Assembly (NCBI GenBank): GCA_022711395.1
Contig: JAKLFA010000006.1
Location: forward strand, 154-64,153
DNA length: 64,000 bases
Origin: Candidatus Omnitrophota bacterium
GTDB taxonomy: Bacteria > Omnitrophota > Gorgyraeia > Zapsychrales > JANLHA01
Reading direction: 5' to 3'
Made by a program: the position numbers and the translations under genes. The notes under the pieces were generated by a model. It was given only the letters and a program-made list of their open reading frames with translations. It was not told the origin of the DNA and made no database searches. Below, piece by piece: positions 58,187 through 64,000 of this stretch. Position 1 is the stretch's first letter; every line of letters begins with the position of its first letter.

Positions 58187-59542
58187 TTATGGGGCGGTTT
58201 TGATATGAGGCAGAAGCTGCGAGGCGATATTCTGGGCCAGCAACCGGTTGCCTTTTTTAGTGCAGTGGCCAAAGTCCCCAGCAAAAAGATCAATAAAGTA
58301 TTCTTTATAGCCTTCCTGCGCGATCGCGTCCTTAAAGATTTTTTCATTGTCAATCAAGATCAGGCGGTTGGAGTTTTCTGCCGGATGTAATATTTTTTTC
58401 AGTGGCTCAATGCTTCTGGCCGGGTATTGGACGAAGATCGGGGTGATGTTTTTTTCAGAGAGGACCTGGATGAGCTTGAGGTAATTTTTTTGTGTGGTGG
58501 GGTGGATCGCCTGAAGAAGAGCGGTCTTTGATTTTTTCCGGCATTCATCGGCCTGATCGGGACTCCCGGCGCGGTCATAGCACAAGGCCAGCAGCTCATA
58601 AAAGGGAGAGCTGTTCTCACGGCTTTTGATCAGCCCCTGGAGGACAGATTCCACCTGTTTGAGCCCGGCCTCATTGGAACAGACGGGGTCGATCCAGTCA
58701 TAGCCCCAGTAGTCCCTGGAAATATCCCGCATAAGCCCTACGAACTCGGTATATTTTTTTTGGGCCCGCAGGAGCTCGCCGATCTTTTTATAAAGCCATT
58801 TCCGGATCTTGGGGTCTTCGGTGCCTGACAGGAGCGTTTTATAGATCTCCTCGGCGAGCGGTTGATACTTTTCCGATCCTTCCAGAAGAAGGGCGGTTTT
58901 AAGCATTTTTCGATATTCCGGATCAGTTTTGTTTATTTGTTCAAAGACCTGGTCCCTAAAGGTGGAAAGCTCTTTCGATGCCAAGTCTCCGGAAAGGGAT
59001 TCTCCACCCAGGGAGGAATATTGAAAGCCATCTTTTAATAAACGTTTTTTCGCGCTGAGCGATATCCACAGGGCCAGTTTGTAAAGCCGGGCGTTTTTCA
59101 GAAAGGCGAAAGCAGGGTTTTCCGGTTTTTGATCGTGGGTTATGAGGATGTCGTCGTTGATCCCCATCATGACGATGACCAAATCCGGTTGATATTGATC
59201 GATCCAGGAGTTGATGTTGCTGACAATGAAGTCCGTGCTTACCCCGGGCAGGCCCTGGTTGATGACCGTGAACGTTTTTTTTAGACCGGAAGAATTGAGG
59301 ATCTCGCTTAGATAGAGAGGGTAATTGTTATCCTCTTCCAGATACGTTGTTGATTCGCCGATACAGAGGATCCGGTAAGAATCGAGCTTGCTCAAGCGGA
59401 GTTTGTTATCGTGGTCCCTGATGGTGATGTAGACGGCGCCGGCGGCACGCAGGCTGATCTCAATGGTGAGAAGCGTCACGGCCACGGCAAAAATAAAAAG
59501 GAAGATTTTGTGCCGGAAGGCTGTTCTTGTCATAATGTTCAA
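58187..59542 (-). CDS. SGNH/GDSL-hydrolase-like protein with an N-terminal TM anchor and a C-terminal helical (TPR-like) region
   Basis: ILCIGESTTY (GDS-like block I), GINDD (block III). Confidence 0.55.
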   Translation of the reverse strand: MNIMTRTAFRHKIFLFIFAVAVTLLTIEISLRAAGAVYITIRDHDNKLRLSKLDSYRILCIGESTTYLEEDNNYPLYLSEILNSSGLKKTFTVINQGLPGVSTDFIVSNINSWIDQYQPDLVIVMMGINDDILITHDQKPENPAFAFLKNARLYKLALWISLSAKKRLLKDGFQYSSLGGESLSGDLASKELSTFRDQVFEQINKTDPEYRKMLKTALLLEGSEKYQPLAEEIYKTLLSGTEDPKIRKWLYKKIGELLRAQKKYTEFVGLMRDISRDYWGYDWIDPVCSNEAGLKQVESVLQGLIKSRENSSPFYELLALCYDRAGSPDQADECRKKSKTALLQAIHPTTQKNYLKLIQVLSEKNITPIFVQYPARSIEPLKKILHPAENSNRLILIDNEKIFKDAIAQEGYKEYFIDLFAGDFGHCTKKGNRLLAQNIASQLLPHIKTAP

Positions 59543-59820
59543 AATGGATTTTTAAAGTCGAGGGTATAATACCAAAAAACGTTAAAAAACAAAAGATTTT
59601 ATCGTTTTGAAATTCACATAAAAGAGATTATTTCCAAGATTGATTGTCATAAGGTTTGTCGTTATAATTTTTTCATATATTTTTTGAGAAAGCCCGACGT
59701 TGGGTTTGGCTTATGTGGCTTTGTGTGCCTGAGAGGATGTCGCGGCCCTGATATCAGTATTCTGGATCCAGTGTTCATGGAAAGAAAAAGCTGGCTTTGA
59801 AGACCAGGAGGTTTGTTGAA

Positions 59821-61635
59821 ATGAAGAGGTTTTTTGCTGCGATCAAGGATCGCATATCCGGCAAGGAGGTCCGGATGGCGCGTTTTGTGGGCCTCATGGC
59901 TTTGTTTGCGATACTAGCGCTTGCGTATGGCTGGCAGATCCTGAGGTTCAGGAACCATTTCGGCCTGCATGATTGGGATTTCACGTTTTTTCTTCATCAA
60001 TACTGGCACATCGCCATTTTTTCATTTAAACAGGTCCCGTTGTGGAATCCGTATATCTGCGGAGGGATGCCGTTCATCGGCCGGCCGGACGTAAGCGTTC
60101 TGCCGTTTCCGATCATTTTTGTTTCGTTGTTTGGCGTCATGGCCGGCCTGAGGATCATGGCGTTGTTTTATATCTTTCTGGCCATGACCGGGATGTTCTG
60201 TTTGTGCCGTTTTTTCAGAATAAAGACCTTGCCTGCGATGATCGCAAGCATTATTTTTTCCATGAACGGATGTTTCGCGCTGCGCGTCATGGCCGGGCAT
60301 CTGGGGTGGCTGTCGGCGGCCTATTTGCCCTGGATCTTTTTGTTTTATCTTAAAGGATTAAAGAAGGCGCGTTATGTTTTTTTGTCGTCGGTGTTTCTTG
60401 CCTTCACAGCCCTTGAAGGCTCGCATATCCTGATCTTTACGGCCGTCTTCCTATCGGTGTTCAGCTTTTTGTATTCGTTTCAGCAGAAGACGATCCGCCC
60501 GCTGTTGGCGTTGGCGCTGGCATTAATGTTCTGCGTGCTTTTTTCCGGGCCAAAACTTTTTCCGATGATCGAAATGATGTCGCGCTTTCCGCGGTTGACG
60601 GACGCGGGCTGGGCCGTTCCCTTGGGAAATTTATACGATATTTTTTTGGAGCGGGCGCAGCAGGACAATCTTTTTCAGCGCTTTATAAAAAATACGGCAT
60701 GGTGGGAGATCGGGGCCTATGTCGGCCTTGTCCCGAGCGTGTTGTTTGTCCTGAGTTTCAAAATGATCAAAAAACAATGGCCGCTCTTGTTGACGGCGGT
60801 GTTCATTTTGCTGATCGGGCTTGGAAATTTTTCCGGCTTCGCGCCGTGGACGGTTCTTCACAGCGGCCCGGTCTTTTCGAACATGCATATACCGACGAGG
60901 ATATTTATTGTTTTTGTTTTCCTGCTTTCGCTTTTGTGCGGTCTGTGTTTAAATTCGTTTGCCCCTAGAGGAGGCGGTCGGGAAGTATTTTTAAGGAACG
61001 CCTTTTTAATAGCTCTTTTTTGTTTTGTTGCCTGGGACCTGAGCGCTGTCAATTCCGCCTTCTTTGGGGAAAAGTTTTTCAGTCGGCTGAATGTGCTGCG
61101 AAAGCCTCTGTTTAAGGAGAATGCATTTTTTCAGGTGGAGCTTCCTCAGCAGTATCATAGCCTTTTTGGTGCGACGACGGGGGTATTCGCCCAGATCCTG
61201 CAGAATCACGGGGTCGTGGATGGTTACGAGGCCATTCCGGTCGAGCGAAACGCGGTCCCGTATAGCGGGCCGGATTACCGGGGGGAATTTCATCTTTTGG
61301 GCAGCTCGGGGAATGTTTCGCAGTCCTATTGGTCGCCCAATAAGCTTATTTTTCATTATGATATTCCATATCCCGATCTTTTGGTGGTGAACCAGAATTA
61401 TGATAAAAACTGGAGGACGTTCCCGCCTAAAATGGTAAAATCTCATGAGGGCTTGATATCCGTGGAGCTGGACCCCGCAGACCGGGGGATCATTTTATAT
61501 TATTTGCCGTATTCGTTCGTGCTTGGTGTTTTTTCGTTTTTCACAGGGGTCTTAGGCTGGATCTTTTTCAACAAAGCAGGCCTTGAATGGCAGGAAGGCA
61601 GGGTGCCTTTGGAGAAGGGCCGGGGAATGGATTAA
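59821..61635 (+). CDS. Large polytopic membrane protein (GT-C/YfhO-like candidate glycosyltransferase), tandem paralog A
   Basis: About 600 aa, more than 12 TM helices, conserved WNPYICGGMPFIGRPDVSVLPFPI loop; about 60% identical to the next gene. ATG at 59821 with a ccaggagg RBS. Confidence 0.65.
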   Translation: MKRFFAAIKDRISGKEVRMARFVGLMALFAILALAYGWQILRFRNHFGLHDWDFTFFLHQYWHIAIFSFKQVPLWNPYICGGMPFIGRPDVSVLPFPIIFVSLFGVMAGLRIMALFYIFLAMTGMFCLCRFFRIKTLPAMIASIIFSMNGCFALRVMAGHLGWLSAAYLPWIFLFYLKGLKKARYVFLSSVFLAFTALEGSHILIFTAVFLSVFSFLYSFQQKTIRPLLALALALMFCVLFSGPKLFPMIEMMSRFPRLTDAGWAVPLGNLYDIFLERAQQDNLFQRFIKNTAWWEIGAYVGLVPSVLFVLSFKMIKKQWPLLLTAVFILLIGLGNFSGFAPWTVLHSGPVFSNMHIPTRIFIVFVFLLSLLCGLCLNSFAPRGGGREVFLRNAFLIALFCFVAWDLSAVNSAFFGEKFFSRLNVLRKPLFKENAFFQVELPQQYHSLFGATTGVFAQILQNHGVVDGYEAIPVERNAVPYSGPDYRGEFHLLGSSGNVSQSYWSPNKLIFHYDIPYPDLLVVNQNYDKNWRTFPPKMVKSHEGLISVELDPADRGIILYYLPYSFVLGVFSFFTGVLGWIFFNKAGLEWQEGRVPLEKGRGMD

Positions 61636-61639
61636 ATCG

Positions 61640-63430
61640 ATGAGACTCATTCTGTTTTTTAAAAAAATGGTTTCCGGGAAAGAGGGCCGGGTAGCGCGTT
61701 TTGCGGGGCTCATGGCGCTTTTGGCGGGTCTGTCGCTTGTTTACGGCCGTAACCTTCTGAAATACAGCTATCATTTTGGTTTGTATGATTGGAATTTCTT
61801 TCTTTACCAGCATCAGTATTGGCACATTTCGCTTTTTTCCTTTAAGCAGCTCCCGTTATGGAACCCATATGCCTGCGGCGGGATGTCGTTCATCGGACGG
61901 CCGGATGTGAGCGTTTTGCCGTTTCCGATCATTTTTGTGACTGCGTTCGGAGCGCTTGCCGGCTTGAGGATCATGGCCGTTTTTTATATTTTTCTCGGCA
62001 TGACGGGGATGTTCTATGTGTGCCGGTATTTGAAGATCGGGATCCTGCCGTCTTTGATCGCGGGCGTTATTTTTTCCATGAACGGGGCTTTGGCGCTGCG
62101 GATCATGGCCGGCCATCTGGGTTGGCTGTCCGTGGCGTATTTGCCGTTCATAGTTCTGTTCTATTTAAAGGGCTTAAAAAAGTTTCGGTATCTGTTTTTG
62201 TGTTCACTTTTTCTTGCGTTCGTGGCGGCCGAGGGGTCGTATATCCTGATGTTCACGGCTGTCTTTCTATTTGTCTTCAGCGCGCTGTATGCGCTTCAGC
62301 AAAAAAGCCTGCGCCCGCTGTTGGCGCTGGGACTGACGCTGGCGCTTTGTGTTCTGCTTTCAGGGCCCAAACTGTTTCCGATGATCGAAATGATGTCCCA
62401 GTTTCCCCGGGGGACCGATGTCGGAAAGGCGATCCCCCTGAAGAACCTTTATAACATCTTTTGGGAACGCAATCAGCTGGGCAATCTTGCGTTCGCGTTC
62501 ATGAGGCCTTTGAACTGGTGGGAGTTCGGCTCGTATATCGGGATCGTTCCGGTAGTCATTTTTGTGCTGAGCTTTAAACTGGTCCGCAGGCAATGGCCGC
62601 TTTTGCTGACGGCGGTATGCGTGTTCGTGATCGGATTGGGAAATTTCTCCGCCCTCGCGCCGTGGACACTGCTCCACAGGGCCCCGGTTTTTTGCAACAT
62701 GCATATTTCTTCGAGGGTCTGGGTTATTTTCCTGTTTTTAGTGGCCTTGCTTTGCGGGCTTTGTCTGGATTCGTTCACCTTTAAGAGCAGGCGCGGGACA
62801 TATCTGAAGAACGTCCTGCTTGTGATCGTGCTGTGTTTTATTGCATGGGACCTGACCGCGGTCAGCTCACCGGTCTTTAAGAATCTTTTCCAGGAAGGAA
62901 GTTTTCGGCAAAAGCTGGTCTTGAAAGATCAGGCTTTCCGGCAAATCCGTGTTCCGGCTCAATACGCAGAGGTCTATGACGGCCTCTTTTTGATGTTCGC
63001 TCCGCTTTTGGAGAACGCGGGGGCCATTAACAGCTATGAGGCGATCCCCGTGAAGCGCAACGCTATGGCTTATGGGGAGCTCGGTTATCGGGGAGAGTTT
63101 TACCTTTTGAATCATTCCGGAAAAGTGTCGCAGCCGTATTGGTCGCCCAATAGGCTGGTTTTTCATTACGATATCTGGCGGCCCGATGTTCTGGTGGTGA
63201 ATCAGAATTATGATAAAGGCTGGAAGACATTCCCTCCCAGGGTGGTAAAATCCCACAAGGGCTTGATATCGGTGGAAATTGATCCGGCGGACAAAGGGAT
63301 CGTTCTGTATTATTTGCCGTGGAGCTTTGTGGCCGGCCTTTTGACCTGTGCGGCAGCCATGGCCGCCTGGGCTGTCATGATCAGAAAAAAAGTAGAGTGG
63401 AAAGGCCCTATGGGGAGCGGTCTTTGGTGA
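61640..63430 (+). CDS. Large polytopic membrane protein, tandem paralog B
   Basis: WNPYACGGMSFIGRPDVSVLPFPI; collinear similarity to paralog A along the full length; starts 5 nt after the paralog A stop. Confidence 0.65.
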   Translation: MRLILFFKKMVSGKEGRVARFAGLMALLAGLSLVYGRNLLKYSYHFGLYDWNFFLYQHQYWHISLFSFKQLPLWNPYACGGMSFIGRPDVSVLPFPIIFVTAFGALAGLRIMAVFYIFLGMTGMFYVCRYLKIGILPSLIAGVIFSMNGALALRIMAGHLGWLSVAYLPFIVLFYLKGLKKFRYLFLCSLFLAFVAAEGSYILMFTAVFLFVFSALYALQQKSLRPLLALGLTLALCVLLSGPKLFPMIEMMSQFPRGTDVGKAIPLKNLYNIFWERNQLGNLAFAFMRPLNWWEFGSYIGIVPVVIFVLSFKLVRRQWPLLLTAVCVFVIGLGNFSALAPWTLLHRAPVFCNMHISSRVWVIFLFLVALLCGLCLDSFTFKSRRGTYLKNVLLVIVLCFIAWDLTAVSSPVFKNLFQEGSFRQKLVLKDQAFRQIRVPAQYAEVYDGLFLMFAPLLENAGAINSYEAIPVKRNAMAYGELGYRGEFYLLNHSGKVSQPYWSPNRLVFHYDIWRPDVLVVNQNYDKGWKTFPPRVVKSHKGLISVEIDPADKGIVLYYLPWSFVAGLLTCAAAMAAWAVMIRKKVEWKGPMGSGLW

Positions 63431-63452
63431 AGGTCTTTACGTCAGGGAGACA

Positions 63453-64000
63453 ATGAACGGTATTCATGAGCGCCAGATTGAGCGGCCTGAACTGTCCGCG
63501 GTCATTCCGGTTTTTAATGAACAAGCCAACTTGGAATCTTTGTATGAGCGACTTTCCGGAGTTTTGAGCTCGCTGGCCGCTTCTTATGAGATCGTGCTCG
63601 TGGATGACGGAAGCGCGGACTCATCCTGGACGATCATTGAACGCATTTGTCAAATGGACGTGAGGGTCAAGGCGGTCAAGTTCGCCAGGAATTTCGGGCA
63701 GCATGTCGCCATCACCGCCGGGCTGGACCATTGCGAAGGAAGCGCGGTTATTCTGATGGACGCGGACATGCAGGACCCGCCGGAGACGCTGGGTGAGCTT
63801 TACAGAAAATTCAAGGAAGGATATGATGTCGTCTGCGCGGTGCGGGAGAATCGGGCTGACCCGATCTACCGCCGGGTCCTTGCCAGGGCGTTCTACGTTG
63901 TTTTTAAACTGGTTTCAAGGATCGACATCCCGGCGAACTCCGGGGTTTTCCGGATCATCAGCCGGAAGGTCGTTGAGCGGCTGGGCCAATGCCCGCAAAG
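63453..64000 (+). CDS. GT2-family polyprenol-phosphate glycosyltransferase (ArnC/DPM1-like), truncated at the window end
   Basis: LSAVIPVFNEQ...VLVDDGSAD...ARNFGQH...DADMQDPPE; paralogous to the GT2 at 11795-12508. Confidence 0.85.
   Translation, partial: MNGIHERQIERPELSAVIPVFNEQANLESLYERLSGVLSSLAASYEIVLVDDGSADSSWTIIERICQMDVRVKAVKFARNFGQHVAITAGLDHCEGSAVILMDADMQDPPETLGELYRKFKEGYDVVCAVRENRADPIYRRVLARAFYVVFKLVSRIDIPANSGVFRIISRKVVERLGQCPQ

Overview
This is a 64-kb, gene-dense chromosomal window from an anaerobic, diderm-type bacterium, with about 50% GC and mostly plus-strand operons. Recognisable content in order: a Cys-rich secreted-protein pair around tRNA-Pro; PtsP (GAF-domain Enzyme I); a cobalamin riboswitch ahead of a TonB-dependent receptor; several large GT-C-like membrane proteins paired with GT2 polyprenol-phosphate glycosyltransferases, one pair beside a type IV pilin gene; tRNA-Arg and tRNA-His followed by an AT-rich stretch carrying a duplicated tRNA-His 3' end; a sulfur-assimilation island (Rrf2/CymR-like regulator, a Met/Cys-rich leader peptide with terminator, YezD, an OM barrel, cysK, a CBS-domain cystathionine beta-synthase, cystathionine gamma-lyase); thiM-thiE; a CsoR-controlled CusCBA copper efflux operon flanked by two YHS-domain paralogs; a trimeric NuoE/NuoF-type [FeFe]-hydrogenase (HydCBA) followed by a Rex repressor fused to a thioredoxin-like [2Fe-2S] domain, a PAS protein and a PP2C phosphatase; alkaline phosphatase, a GGDEF protein, an ankyrin lipoprotein and MscL. 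The two regions most likely to hold an undescribed system are (a) five clustered radical SAM enzymes (two HemN-like, divergent from three SPASM/twitch-type) with no visible precursor peptide, and (b) next to it an arsenic-resistance cassette with no ArsR, led by two DUF134 proteins that each sit behind a CATATG-centred palindromic operator, plus a NifX-like FeMo-co-domain protein and a methyltransferase. No rRNA, CRISPR array, transposase or integrase was seen. All calls rest on reading the six-frame translations and motifs by eye; no database search was possible.
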